Positions 1-14,048 of a stretch of DNA of 64,000 bases are shown piece after piece (the stretch's first letter is position 1; every line of letters begins with the position of its first letter). Source of the stretch: Lama guanicoe. Its lineage: Eukaryota. Made by a program: the position numbers and the translations under genes. Under the pieces are notes generated by a model, which was not told the origin of the DNA, searched no databases, and saw only the letters and a list, made by a program, of their open reading frames with translations. The stretch is from contig MU054323.1 of assembly GCA_013239625.1 (NCBI GenBank), forward strand, positions 15,938,029 to 16,002,028, in the 5' to 3' direction.

Positions 1-350
1 AAAAAGGACTGTGTGAGGAATAGTATACCCAACTAAAGTATTAAAATGTGAAGGCAAAATAAAGTCACTTTTTTCAGATATGCAAGGAATCAAAAAGCAC
101 ACCACTTCACGACGTATCCTAAGATTATTACTGCTGGAGGAAGGTTTCTATCAAGTAAAAATAAAATAAGAACAAAGATCTCAAGACAGGAGTTGAGGAT
201 ACAAAAAAAGAAAACGTAATTGAACAATAAATCTCCAGTAGTTATAACTAAATACATGTATACTACACTATAATTCAATTGTGAAGTATAAATTTTGAGT
301 TAGGATTCTTAAAACAGAGGAGACTTTGGAGAAAACTAAGAAAGAATGTT
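1..350 (+). mobile_element. Old L1 remnant (ORF1 3' end-like)
   Basis: aatgtgaaggcaaaataaagtcacttttttcagata resembles the ancient L1 ORF1 consensus; recognised from memory. Confidence 0.5.
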
Positions 351-1487
351 ATTATACTACTCTTGTGCAGATACGAACCGAAATAGCAGCTTTGAGGGAA
401 TGTAACTGGTCCACATTACAGGAAAATGTCATGTCATAGAAAAAGAATCATGTGAAGCGATCACTTAAAGGAGTGTGGTTTTAAGAAGTTAAAGCAAGAG
501 AAGGTGACGATGAAAGAGAACTAGCACCAACTCTTGACATAAAAGAAGAAAGCAGTAACTTCTTATGGAAAATAATTTCATAGTTGTGTTCTTTTCTTCC
601 AGACTAGTGTGAACACGGTCTTTTAAATAAAGCAGCACAGCACCTCTTGAGGGGCAAGATTACTTGATTTTTATTTCTAATTTTTTGGGACTTAGGTGCG
701 TTACACAGCTGAAAACCTTTACCAAGAAGTCAAAGGCAAACTAAGCCTGTAGACTAAGAAGTCTCTGGTGGATTTAGCATCCTTTTCTAATGGTGAAGAA
801 ACTCATTTATTAACAGACTAATGGCAGGCAGTAATGGTGATCAAACTTGTCTCTTCTCCCAACTTTTGAGTCCCAGTATGAAGCTGGCAAGTTGAATGCT
901 GTTGAATTCATATACTTAGTATTTTTAGGTGCATCAATGTAAAGTGGCAAATCAAGACTGTAGGATATTTTCACACATGAAGCTCTTGCCTCTTACTGTA
1001 GTTATATCTACTTTTGTACAAAATATTTAAGGAGGAAAGAAAATAAAATTAAAGGAGTATACTTGAAGATTCAACCAATGACGCTGTACCTGAGTTAGGG
1101 TGTCAGAGGGAGAGACAGAGGATGATTATAAAAAGAAATTTGAAAAGAAAAAAGAAAAAAACGAGGAAAACAAGCAAAGAAACCAACAAAACAAAAAAAA
1201 ATTTTTTTTCAGTCAGTCTAACAAATGTAAGGAAATCAGCCTAACAAATGTAAGGAAATAAAAAGAAGAGGAAACAAGAACAAAGGATAAAAAAACAAAC
1301 AAACAAACAAAAATATGCTTCAAGGACTGTTATGAATGGGTTAAATTCCCAGATTTAGGATTGGGTTCAAATACCAAATCCTAATAAAATGGCAGAGAAA
1401 GACCCTAAGACATTTTTCCTAACAACTCATCAGAATCATTTTCCTTAAAGTAGCATTTTTTAATTTCATAATAAAAAGTCAATATTA

Positions 1488-1721
<234 letters not shown>

Positions 1722-2164
1722 TTAATAAAAGGGATTTATTCTGGAAATCAGAAAAGATTACAATCATGATTACTTCTTTCTCTACTCACTAACAAGAGTT
1801 AGAGATTTAACTTAAAATGGTTGGTTAAGTCATACATTTCACTGAATAAAGCCTACCTTAATTTTAGAGCAAATAGGAAAGAGAAACTGCAGCTTCACAG
1901 TTTTTAATATTAATTATTCCTTGAAAAGACATCTGAAATGTATTTTTACCACTGGTGTTTTAAATCAAAGAATAGTTTTTAAAATTGGTTTTCAAAATAC
2001 ACACAAAAAAGGTATTTGTATTCACAAAATCACAGAAAATCACAGAACTTAAGAAGTTCCCTATAATTATGACTGGAACATCTTTCAGTTTAGATGGGCC
2101 AATCTTTTTTCTATGTGAAATGTATCTTTAATGAATAAATAAAAAGGAGATATTGTATATTATT

Positions 2165-5100
2165 TTTTACAATAAGATTTACTGAGATGCATTTATACAA
2201 TAAAATTCACCAATTTTAAGTGTCCATTAAAATGTTCAATTTAATGAGTTCTGACAATTGCATATAGTATGTAACCACCATATAATCATAGTATAGAACA
2301 GAGCTGTCCCAAGAATATAACACAAGCCACGTATATGATTTCAAATATTCCACTCACCACATTATAGAAGGTAAAAAAGAAATAAGTTAATTTTAATAAA
2401 TTTTATTTAACCCAATATATCCAAAATATTAAAATATCAAGATGTAATTAATGTAACAAATTATTAACAAGATATTTTACATTCTTTTTAAGCACAAAGC
2501 CTTCAAAATCTGATTATACACTTACAGCACATCTCAATTTGGGAAGGATACATTTCAACTGCTCAATAGCCACATGTGGCTAGTGGCTGCCATATTAATA
2601 GCATAGATAGAAGACATTTTCATACCACAAGTTCCTACTGTTTCTTTGAAGTCACCTACCTCCCCCAAACACTTTGGAAACCATGGATCTGTCTTCTATC
2701 ACTACAGTTTTACCTTTTACATAGTTTCATAAAATGAAATCAGATAGTACATAGTCTTTTGTGTCTGATTTTTTTACACAGCATAATGCTTTTGAGATTC
2801 ATCCCATTTATTTATTCATTTCGTCAATGAATATACCACAATTTATTTTGCCATTTACTAATTGATAAGACATGTGGATTCTTTCCAGCTTTTGGCTCTC
2901 ATGAACAAAGCAGCTATAAAAGTTTTAGTACAAGTGCTTGTGCACACAAATGTTTTCACTTCTCTTGGGTAAATACCTAGGAGTAGAATTGCTAGGTCAT
3001 AAGGTAAGTGTACGCTTCAGTTTGGAAGAAATCACCAAACTATTTTCCAAAGTGGCTGTACCACTTTACATTTCCACCAGCAATGTATGAGAGTTCCAGT
3101 TATGCCACATCCTTACCAACACTTGGTATTTCCACTAAACCGTAGCTATTCTGTTGAGCATGTAGTAGGAGCTCATTTGCACTTCCCTGTTGAATAATGA
3201 TGTGGAACATCTCATGTGGTTTTTTTTGCCATGATCGTATCTTCTTTGGTAAAGTAAATGTTCAAATATTTACTCTAGTTTGAAATTCGTATTTTCATTT
3301 CAACATTATTGTGCAAAAAGCCAAAGTTTTTAAAAGTGATCAAGTCCAATTTATTGATTTTAAATATTTGATGGTTTACGTTTTTTTGCATCCTAAGAAA
3401 TCTTTGCATAATCCAAGATAACAAAGTTTTCTTTAACGTTTCCTTTTAGAAGTTTTACAGTTAGCTCTTACATCTGGATCTATTATTGATATCAAGGTAA
3501 TTTTTTTATATGCTGTGAGTTAAGTACTGAGATTTATTATTCTTTTTGCTTCATAAATATATCCAATTCTCCAGCACCACTTGGGGAAATTTGTTGAGTG
3601 CCAGCCTTGGTACCTTAGTTGAAAATAAATTATACATACATAAAATAAAATACATACAAAAATACATAAAATATATTTATATAAATAAATATAAATAAGT
3701 TAAAATATTTATAAAATAAAAATATACACATACATATAAATTCTTTCTGGGTTTTTTACTCTGTTCCATTGATCTATATATCTTTCATTATGTCAATACC
3801 ACCCTCTCATGATTATAGAAGCAACATAAAAAGTCTAAAAGGTAGTGAAAATTCTCCAATTCTGTTATTTTTCAGTTGTTCTGATAGATGTTCCTTTTTT
3901 TTTTTGGCACAAAGAACCTCTTTTAATATTTCTTATAGTATAAGCCTGTAGACAATGAATTTTCTCAACTTTTCATAGTCTGAAAAAGTCTTTATTAAAC
4001 CTTGATTTTTGAAAAGCATTTTTCTGGGTATAGTCTAGGTTGACAGTGTTTTCTTACAGTACTTTAAAGATGTTACTCTACTGCCTTTTGCTTGCATGGT
4101 TTATGATTAGAAGTCTGCGTATTATCTTTGTTCCTCTGCATGTTTTTTCTTCCCATTGGCTGCTTTCACGTTATCTTTATCACTGGTTTTAAGGAATTTA
4201 ATTATGAAGTGCTTTTCTTTTGTTTTTCTTTCATTTGAGGTTTGTTGAGGTTAATGGATCTATGCATTTAATAGCTGTCATCAAAATTACACGATTTTTT
4301 GGGCCATTATATATTCAAGAAATTTTTCTTATCTATCCTTCTGTGATTCAAATTACATGTACGTTAGACAGCTTGAAATTGTCCCAGAAGTCAATGAGAC
4401 TGTTAATTTTTTTTTCCCCAGTCTTTTTTCTCTCTGTATTCATTTAGGATAATTTCTATTTGTATGTCTTCAATATCACTATTTTCCTATGTAGTGTCTA
4501 ATCTTCCATTAATTCCATCCAATGTATTCTTTCATTTGAGATATTTTACATATTTAGAAGTTTCCTTTGGGTTGCTTTATGAATTTCATTTCTCTTCTCA
4601 CCATACTAAAGTTTCCTTGTACTTCCTTAAAAATATGGAGCATATTTATAAAAGTTCATTTAATATGTTTGGTTGCTAATTCCATTATCTCTTTTATTGC
4701 TAGGCTTGTTTCCAATAGTTGATGTTTTCTCCTAGTAATAGGTCTTGTTTTCAAACTTCCTTACGTGTCTGATAATTTTTTTTTGAAACTGTATACTGTG
4801 AATTTTATGATGTTATGTACTGCATTACTTATATTCCTTTGAATACTGCTGGGCTTTGTTCTGAGATGCAGTTAAGTTGTGTGGAATCAGTTTGATCCTT
4901 TCAAGGCTTATTTTTAAGCTTTTCTAGGGTGGGCCACTATTGCCCCAACTACTAAGGCAATATCCTTCTCAAGAATCCATTTTAGGAGGTCTTCCCAATC
5001 TGGATAGTGAGAACACGGGCTATTCTCAGCCCTGTGCGAGCTCTGGGTGTTGTTCCACCTATTCCTTCCTGGTGTGTTTTCCCCTGATCTTGAGCAGCTT

Positions 5101-5450
5101 CCCTGTACTCATGCACAAATCAGTGCTCACCCAAAGACTTGAGATGATTCCTCTCTTCTTAGTTCTCAATCTGTGCAACTCTCTCCTCTCTCATGTTCTA
5201 CCACACACATTCTAGGTACATTGGCCTCACCAAACTCTAAATTCTCTCTCCTCAACTCAGATGGGTTTGGGTTTCCTATCCCTGCAGTTCAGCCTGGAAA
5301 TTCTCTCCAGTCAGAAATCTGGAGCCATTGTAGTACTCCCTGTCTTTGTTTCTCATTTCATAAGGATCACTGCTCTGTGCTAGCTGTTATCCAATGTTTT
5401 GTTCAAAACTGTATTGTAACTGTCAATAAGCCATCCATGATCAAACTTCT
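2165..5450 (-). mobile_element. Antisense old L1 fragments (L1M-type) in HEATR5B intron 18
   Basis: Typical antisense L1 3' motifs (cttgggtaaatacctaggagtagaattgct; ttccaccagcaatgtatgagagttccagtt) followed by degraded 5'/ORF1-like sequence; boundaries approximate. Confidence 0.8.
2300..2605. mobile_element. hAT-Charlie DNA transposon (MER33/MER3-like) nested in L1
   Basis: cttacagcacatctcaattt...gctcaatagccacatgtggctagtggct terminal motif interrupting the L1. Confidence 0.7.
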
Positions 5451-7484
5451 GTCAAACTTGTAAAATAAAATCAAGAGATGAAAAACCATCACCAAGACTC
5501 CAGCCAGTCAGTTTGCCTATGGCAAACAAAGAAAAATTGCAAGTGCTGTCATAGAACAGATGTTAATAAATGCATTAATAAAGGAAGTGAACTAAGTCCA
5601 TCCTTAGCAGTATATCTAACATATCCATGGATAAGTGATCTTTATCTCTCTATGCCTCACTTTCTCCATCTGTAAAATGAACATATTATTATTCTAATAC
5701 AGCAGTCATTTTGAGGAATTAAAGAAGAATGAATGCAGTCTGTGAATTCTAAAGCATTATACAGAATAGAAACTTCTTTCCTGTTGTGACTTTCAGAGGT
5801 CATTTCAGTGAATGAAGAAGCTAGACCAATTTTCTCAGTGATAATCATCTATTCAATAAAGTAAATAATCTAAGATATACAAATACACATTTCCCAGAGG
5901 TCTTGGAGTGATTTTCAATTTGAATGGAAAGAAATTTAACCAGTAATGATTTTTATTTTTTTCTGAACTGAATCTTAAAAAATTGAAACTACTCCCTATT
6001 AACTGAGAACGATTTATAGAAATGATTTCAGTCTTAATGCTAAGATGGCATAAGATTTTAATGTGCAAATACAATTGACAGACCTGTATGTATAAGTTAT
6101 TTTGACCTTTCATAGTTGTATATTTTATCAGCAACAGATAATGTTGATGGAACAGTCTGACATAATGAAGACACAGGATATTGAAGCTTTTTCAAAAGAA
6201 ATAAAATGCTAACAAATAATTATGACATTTCATAGAGATTTTAAGACAAATCTCACTTTCAGGTAAATTAAAATGTGAAAAATGGGTAACAAAACCTATG
6301 TAATAATTCCAGGTCATAATAAATTATTTGGAGAAGCTAACAAAACTAAGCAATGAAAACACTTGCAAACCATTAACCAGACTGGTATGAATATGAATGA
6401 AATGCCCTTGAGTTTCACCAGAGTTTAAGCACAAAGTAGTCCCACAGGTACTGAAGACAGTACCTGTAACTAAAGAAAAATTTACCAATCAAGAGTTTTT
6501 AAAGAAATACACTTCCATTTTATCTACTATTAACAAAACACAAATCATGAAGCAGGTAGCTAAGATTGGTTCTGTCTTTTTTAAAAAATCCTTAACAAAA
6601 ATTGACTTCAGAATCAATGACAAATACTTGGAAAAGGCAAAGCTAATCTATTGCTAGAAAAATAACCGAAGCCATCCTGCAGAAGATTAAGTATCTGGGA
6701 ATATTTCAAACTATATTCTGCCTGCCCATATGATTCATTAGTGATTCAGACAATACACTGGGGCTTTAGCCTATAACCACCTAAAATACCACTCACGTGT
6801 GATGACAAGGAAAGCCATTCCAGAGTTCAGAAAATACTTCTTCCAAACTACTACTTCGCAACCATTGCTTTCCTCAACCTCTCTCTCTCTTTAATAATTA
6901 TGATGCAGTTTGGTATAATTAGTATTCAAAATATACAACAGCTAAGAATGATTAATTTGCATAACTCAAGTATCAGTTCTTGACCACTCAATTTTCAACT
7001 GCTCTACTTAAGTGCCTGATTAACAACCAACAGTCACTAATAAGTACATTTGTCATCTTAATCATTCTTATTTGGACCTCTGAGATCACTCTTTTTAATT
7101 AATATGCCAAGAAATCCTTAAAACCTAATGCTAAATGTATCCCCTGTTTCAGGGATAATTTAAGAGATAACAAACTTGGTAGTAGTTAGAAAGAATGGCT
7201 TACTCCAAAAAGTGAAAAATTAACAGAAAGAATAATGGGGAAGCAGAGATAAAAGGACTTCAGAACACTTCCTCAGAGCAGAGTACACATTAACTGAGAG
7301 GAATTTTTACCAACAATCCTCTTGATTCCATCACATAACACTCAAGGGCTGAAATAGAAATCCTCACTATACTGAAAGTATCTACCATGTGGAAAAAATA
7401 AAGTCCGGTCAATAATTACTGATTACTTAAAAGAAACCTTTGCCTATATGAGAACCTTAACTGATTGATAAAGAGAGCCACTTA

Positions 7485-7676
<192 letters not shown>

Positions 7677-9149
7677 CTATGGTTATGTGGGGGAAAAAAA
7701 AAAAAAGGCTGCAATCTTTGTAAATATACATATATTTTCACACATTATTTTCTTCAGCCAACTTTCACATGCATATACTATGCCTAGAATACCTGTTAGA
7801 CGGACAGTAATCACTTTACTAAACATGATTTCACAACATGATATATAACATAGTTATAGTTGAATCAGCCCCAAAACCAACAATCCCTGGGAGTGTCTCT
7901 ATCCAAAAACAAATGCTTAAAAGTTGTTTTTAAATATAAAGTACACTGTATTATTATTAAATCAACTGTTATTTAACTGACTGAAATTTATCACTGTAAC
8001 TTTAAGGAAGGAAAAGGCCTGATGAGTATGAAACTTTGACACGTTTACATAACACTTCCAGAGAAGACAATTATGTCATAAAGAGTACATCCAATATATA
8101 CCTAAAGACAAAATGAGGTAAGAATAATCAGTAAGTGAATGTTGATACAGTTTGTTCATCATACTAAATTGTTAGTATCTCTGTTCTAGTTACACTTAGC
8201 ATCCTGGAACTTAAATTACTTACTTGAGACCAAAAATCTAAGTCATGGTGCCTAGGAAAAACTACAGCAGAGGCAGCAGTGAGCCCGTCTATGAAGAAAA
8301 GTGCACTGTACAACAATATTACAGTTGATCACTAGCCTTCCAACCACTAAGGAAAACCATGACCACCCCATTCCTTTTTAAAAAACCTCAGATGCTGGTA
8401 GCTAATGGTCTCTAAAAAGGACATATACTAATGATTACATAAATGGTACAAACCTTGATTTGTATAACCAATGCCTACATCCCTTTTCCCTGGTGCTTAC
8501 AAAATGTGATTTAATTCATGCCCATTTAAACACTTGTTGCCCTTTTATTTTAAAGCAGTAATATGAAGCTTGGCATTGAATAATATGAAGTTATCAAATA
8601 TATCATGAGGGGCTACAGGCTGCCTAGTATAGTGCATGAACTCTGAGAGATAGGCAAAATATTTGTTACTTCACTTTATACAAGTGAAATCTGAAGTTCA
8701 AAAAAGGTTAAAGGAATCACACAAGACAGAAACCTAGTTAGTAGCTAAACCAGAACATGATATCTAAATGCAGCATTCTTTCAACACAGCCTCTCCTGAT
8801 TTATGGTCTAGATCACAAATCAGACTTAACCTTTATCTAGTTAGCCTCTAAGGGAATATCAGGTTTCATTAGTCAGGTATGTTTGAAAATTCTGAAAGAA
8901 CATACTGGCATTCATAAAATCTGAGACGTCAAATTAAAACAGGAACTTTAACATTACTGAAATATAAAATATTTATTTAGTTATAATGAGTTTGATATAG
9001 TTTCTAGTAATTTCATTAAAATTATATAAAAGCATAATTATAGAGATACACATGTAAACATAGTAGTCCAAATATGCTTGACTTATTATATTAAAGGCAT
9101 TAATTAAAGTCATAGTTTAGAATATTTACTATGTTTTAAAAGTAAATAC

Positions 9150-9255
9150 CTTTAATGCACTAAGAACAGCTGTGAAAATATTAAGCTGCACAGCCTGCTG
9201 GCGAACACCTTTGGCTTGTTTAACACATTCAGCAAAGTGATCCAACATCTGTAAT
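9150..9255 (-). CDS. HEATR5B: HEATR5B exon 17
   Basis: ttgtag|A...AAG|gtattt; 106 nt; [35 protein letters not shown]. Confidence 0.95.
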
Positions 9256-11495
9256 CTACAACAAAAGAATAAAGATCACATTAGCAATACTTTTTATTCA
9301 AACACAGCTCAAAAAACAGAGATAAGGGTATAAGCTAATTGTTTAACAAGTAATACCTCATGCTATCTCTTTTCTATTTCATTCCCTGGTCCAAACCAGA
9401 TCTCCTCTTTCTGAATTAATACATGGACATGTAACTACTAACTGGCACAAGGCAAGCAACTAACGTTAAGTTTCAACTAGCAAAATAAGTGGTCTTCAAC
9501 ATTAACACTAGTGTACAACAGAGTGCCTGTCATAAAGTAGATGCTCAAGGTTTCTTGAATAGAATAATCATTAATTGTGCATCTCTGTGGAAGACTTTTA
9601 AGTTGGAAATGTTAAAATGTGGCATGATTTTTCTCTTTTTAAAAAACACTCTCACATAGAAGAAAACAGTATCTCACATCCTATCTCTGGAAGCTAATTG
9701 GGAGATTTTTTTTTTTTAAGAATTAGCTTTGGTCCATTTCATTAAATGTGAAAAATCAGAGGGGAATTTTTTTTTATTATTTCAAATTTTAAAAATGACA
9801 GTTAACAACAACACCAAAAAGAAATCACAGCCATTTGAGACTATTCTGATTAAAGAGAATGAGGTCATATCATATTCTTCTAAAAAGAAATGGGTGGGGC
9901 AAAGGAATCCAAGGAAATTGGATTTCATACAGAGATGACTATGACCTGATGTAGGAAATCAAAATCTCCAGGAGATCACTGTAAGAATTTAAGCTCAATT
10001 ATAATGGGCCATAGGTCTCAGTTCAAAGCATTCTTCAAAAAATACATAGGAAGAAATCATCTAGCCTCCAGCAGGAAATTCAGTTAGAGGCACCTGGGGC
10101 TAAAGCTGACACTTGTACACCTGTTCTGACACAGATCCACATCCGAGGTGAGGCAGCAGGACATCACTCACACTGCTTTCAAGCACACACACGAGAAGAG
10201 GCACACGGTCCTCAACATTGCCAGCAAACATCATTTGCCTATAACTGACCTCAAATACATAACTAAAAATAAATTTTCTATGTTGTAAAATATTTATTTC
10301 TTTTAATTTGAAAAATATTAACAAAAAATTACTACCAAGAAATAACCATTGCACATGTTTATGCATTTTAAAGTTCCAAACTGGGATCACTTCTTACCTT
10401 ATACCGTTTTCATTTAACATTGTATAATAAGCTTTCTCTGATACCAAAACACTGTCTCTGTAAAAAGTATTCCAGCCTATCAATTTTCTATAATTTATTC
10501 GCTCATTCCTCCATTATTGGATATTTATGTTATATATTCTTTTTTAATAGAACTTGATCTTGTTCCACAAAAGTGATTTAATAAAGTTCAGATAATCCTG
10601 GATTCTAGTTATGGCTCTCATAATTAGCTGTATAATTTGGGGCAAACCATAAACTCCTAGACCTGGATTTCCTTAGATTTAAAACAAGGATATTAAAGTA
10701 GATGCTTTATAAAATTCTTTATAAAATTAAAGACCTTTAATGATCTTTAACATTTACGTGGCAACCAAATGTTCTTAAGGTATCTAGGTACAGTAAAATT
10801 TCATATTTAACATTTCCCCCTCAAATTTAAAAGCAATTAGTCAAGTAATCTACACATTTAAAGATATATTATCTTTTCTATACAAATGAAACAATGTTCT
10901 TGAGGCACAGTTTGTAAAACTCGAATTATCTTTGAAGGTCTTGCATTAATATATTTTCATTCTTTCTCTTGGGAAAATCATCATAAATACATAAAATGCC
11001 TACTGAAGTTAAGGATAGTGTCTGTGGGCATAGAATATAGCAAACTAAAATGCTTCTATTAGAAAAACAACCAATTACTTTAGTTTTCCAAATTCTAGAC
11101 TTTAACCATCTGACAAATGTTACTAGATAACAGACGTCTCATCCACTTACTTCCTCAGTAACAAAACAAAAGACTTAGAAAACTGATGTCTCTATTTAAA
11201 GATATGTATAAACTGATGTTTCTATTTTAAAGATATGTATAAACTGGCAACTATTATAATGAAAATTTTATTGTGTAAAACCTAGTCCACAATACAGTGG
11301 ATACCAGATGCTAGCACATAAGGCCAAATCTTAAAAATAGTTTCAAATTATTGCACGCAATTTATTATGTGCCACTTACATTATGTTTATGAGACTACTA
11401 CTAGCCTTATTGCAGAGTTAACTGGTGTGGGAAAATCTACTGCTTAAAAATAATTTCTATCTAACTTAAAATTACCTGACTGACTTTATACTAAC

Positions 11496-11671
11496 CGGTG
11501 TTTATAAGAAACATGAGGAAACACTACACCAAAAAGGGCCACGGAAGCATCAATGACTGAAACACCAAGAGGCAGAGGGCCAGGCACAGCTTCTCCAGCA
11601 GGTATCCGTAAGTAAATGGAGGAGGGATCGTGCTCCAGAGCCCCACTTCCAGATGCACTGTTTGGCTGGAG
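11496..11671 (-). CDS. HEATR5B: HEATR5B exon 16
   Basis: ttgcag|CTC...CG|gttag; 176 nt; [58 protein letters not shown]. Confidence 0.95.
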
Positions 11672-12373
11672 CTGCAAAAGAAAGACAAAAAATCATTGAA
11701 AATCCATTTGGGGAAATCCAATGCCAAGTACTGGGCATGAAGAATAGAACAGGGGAGGAGAGAGAAAAGGTAACAAAAGAATAGACTGATTGAATCTGAA
11801 AAATTTTAAATAGATTTTAAATATAATTTGGCCATTAAAAAATGTCATAACACTTTATGCAATTTTAAGAAAAGTTTTGTTCATTCTAAAACATTTTTAT
11901 GGTACCCACCTTAAAATTTCTAAGCAAAATAATATTAGGAATAAGTTAAACCCACAAAAAATTTTGAAAAGGGACCTTTAGTAACTCTTTTTAAAAAGTG
12001 CATAAGAAATCACATATTCAGTGGGCAAAGATTCTAAATCTTCAACCTATGCTATTTCTCTTTAACCTGTCACAAAAAAAACTAAATCAAAGCAAAACAC
12101 CAAGAACTGAAAAGCTAGTCAAAATTGATCTCTGCCACAGCAACCACCGGGTATTTAAATAAAAGAATACTGAATAAAGACAATTCACCCAATTCTAACT
12201 ATTTCTGGTTAACTTTTTCACTATCCACCACTAGGAAGGTATGTTTAAATGTCTCAAAAAGCTAAATGAAAATTAAATCTTAGTCTACAACATTTTCTTT
12301 TTAAATGACAATGTGTAGCAGTGCCATTAAGTTCAATCAAGCTAGTATTTCATTTCATTGTATGGTTTACTAC

Positions 12374-12537
12374 CTGGTCTTCAATGGATTTATGATCAGT
12401 TTCTTGAAGCCAGGAACCAAGAAGAACACTATCATCATAATGGCAAAGGGATCTGAGGAGAGAAGTAGTCGTGTTGGCTGAGTTGTCAGTCAAAGTGAAC
12501 TCTGCTACCAGTTCTCTGAGAAGTGCGTTGAAAGATC
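12374..12537 (-). CDS. HEATR5B: HEATR5B exon 15
   Basis: tttag|GA...CAG|gtagta; 164 nt; [54 protein letters not shown]. Confidence 0.95.
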
Positions 12538-13004
12538 CTAAAAAACAGAACTTCAGATCAGATTAAAAAGAATACTTTTTATAAAAATGACAATCACTGA
12601 GCAGCAATATGTTCAACTGGAATAAAATAAGTAAATCCTTATTCTCTTTAAAAAAATCCATGTTAAATATTTTAATGCTGGTTTTAATATACAATAATGG
12701 TACTTCCTCTTTTGTTACTTTATTATGCCTTTTAGTCCAAATTATTTAAAGTAATTAAAAACTCAAATAAAGGAAATATTTCTTATTTTAAATAGATTAA
12801 ATATATCATGATTTTAATTCACTATTAATTACCCAATGATGTACAAACACTGAACCAGAGCATATCAAAATTCTTGAGCATGGTTGCACTGGAAACAAAT
12901 CAATGACTTATTGTAATCTTAACATTTTATATAACATTTAATTTCTATAAAAGTATATTACTATTCTCTCTCCAGATTCCTAAATTATTAGCTATATTAT
13001 AATA

Positions 13005-13250
13005 ATGAGGGTAGTCATTAAAAGCACAGACTTTGAACGTGAAACAGCTGGATCTGAATCCACGCTCTGCTATATACTAACGCCCAGACTTGTGCAAGTT
13101 ATATTACCTGTAGGTACCCAAGATTCTTCATCTTTAAACAGAGCTATATTTGAGCCTCTAAAGGTTGTGGTTAGAGTCAAAGATGCTACTGTATGTGCAG
13201 GGCTTAGAACGGGACCTGGAACACAGTAGTGCTCAACAACTGTTAGCTAC
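13005..13250 (+). mobile_element. MIR SINE
   Basis: MIR core and 3' end (cttagaacgggacctggaacacagtagtgctcaacaactgttagcta); similar decayed MIRs near 16.9, 20.6, 24.3, 39.3 and 58.3 kb. Confidence 0.7.
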
Positions 13251-13349
13251 TACACATGAAGAAAAGGGAAACTTACATAGTGAGTCAGTGGGACAGCCGT
13301 GGTCAGAACTCTATCATACTGTGAAGAACTAGAAAGGTATACTGAAGAC

Positions 13350-13473
13350 TTTTTTCGGGGGGTAGGTAATTAGGTTTGTTTGTTTGTTTGTTTTTTAATG
13401 GTGATATGGAGATTGAACGCAGAACCTTATGCATGCTAAGACATGCTCTACCACTGAACTACACCCTGCCCCC
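13350..13473 (-). mobile_element. tRNA-Ala-derived SINE (camelid Vic-1-like)
   Basis: Reverse-complement tRNA-like head with decayed A/B boxes, AAACCTAATTACC tail; TSD tgaaga(c/a)ttttt at 13343 and 13475. Confidence 0.85.
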
Positions 13474-13512
13474 TTGAAGAATTTTTATTAGACATCCAAA
13501 AATTTCATTTAC

Positions 13513-13622
13513 CTTCATACGTTTTGGGAGGTAACAAAGCCAAGATATCATAAAGCCTTAAACGAACCATTGCAGCACTAGCTTTCAGATGAGCTCCATG
13601 GGCTTTAATTACAGATGGAATG
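13513..13622 (-). CDS. HEATR5B: HEATR5B exon 14
   Basis: tttag|C...G|gtaaat; 110 nt; [36 protein letters not shown]. Confidence 0.95.
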
Positions 13623-13948
13623 CTAAAATATTAGAAGTATAGTTAGTATCAGCTTATTAGAATAAGCATTACTTATAAACATTTTTTTCCAGCAATGCAT
13701 CAATGTATTGGCAAAGAACATTTGTAAGTATTACATTTTCCAGTTTATTTTGTGACCTTTACTGTTAGTAATAGACACACCATAAAACACAATTTTATTT
13801 TAATCCATACCACTACTGCAATTTTTAAAGTCACTTTACACAAATAAAGCTTTCTATGTTTCCTACATGATACCAGAGGGAAGTACAAAACTTGGCTATT
13901 CATAAATACATAAGATTGGATGTTAACGTGTCGTAATTGCTTACTTAC

Positions 13949-14048
13949 TGTGACATCATAGTCATGGCACATTCAATAGGAGTCATCAATTTTCTAATCA
14001 CATCTTCCGTTAGGAGTTCAGGACAATGGGCAACAAAACTCCTCATTG
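13949..14048 (-). CDS. HEATR5B: HEATR5B exon 13
   Basis: tttag|CA...CA|gtaagt; 100 nt; [32 protein letters not shown]. Confidence 0.95.

Noticed and set aside
1213..1258. Short tandem duplications (23 bp here; ~30 bp at 11180-11246; ~21 bp at 36337-36378; ~31 bp at 61940-61990)
   Set aside because: Two-copy slippage duplications without spacers; not CRISPR-like and not evidently functional.
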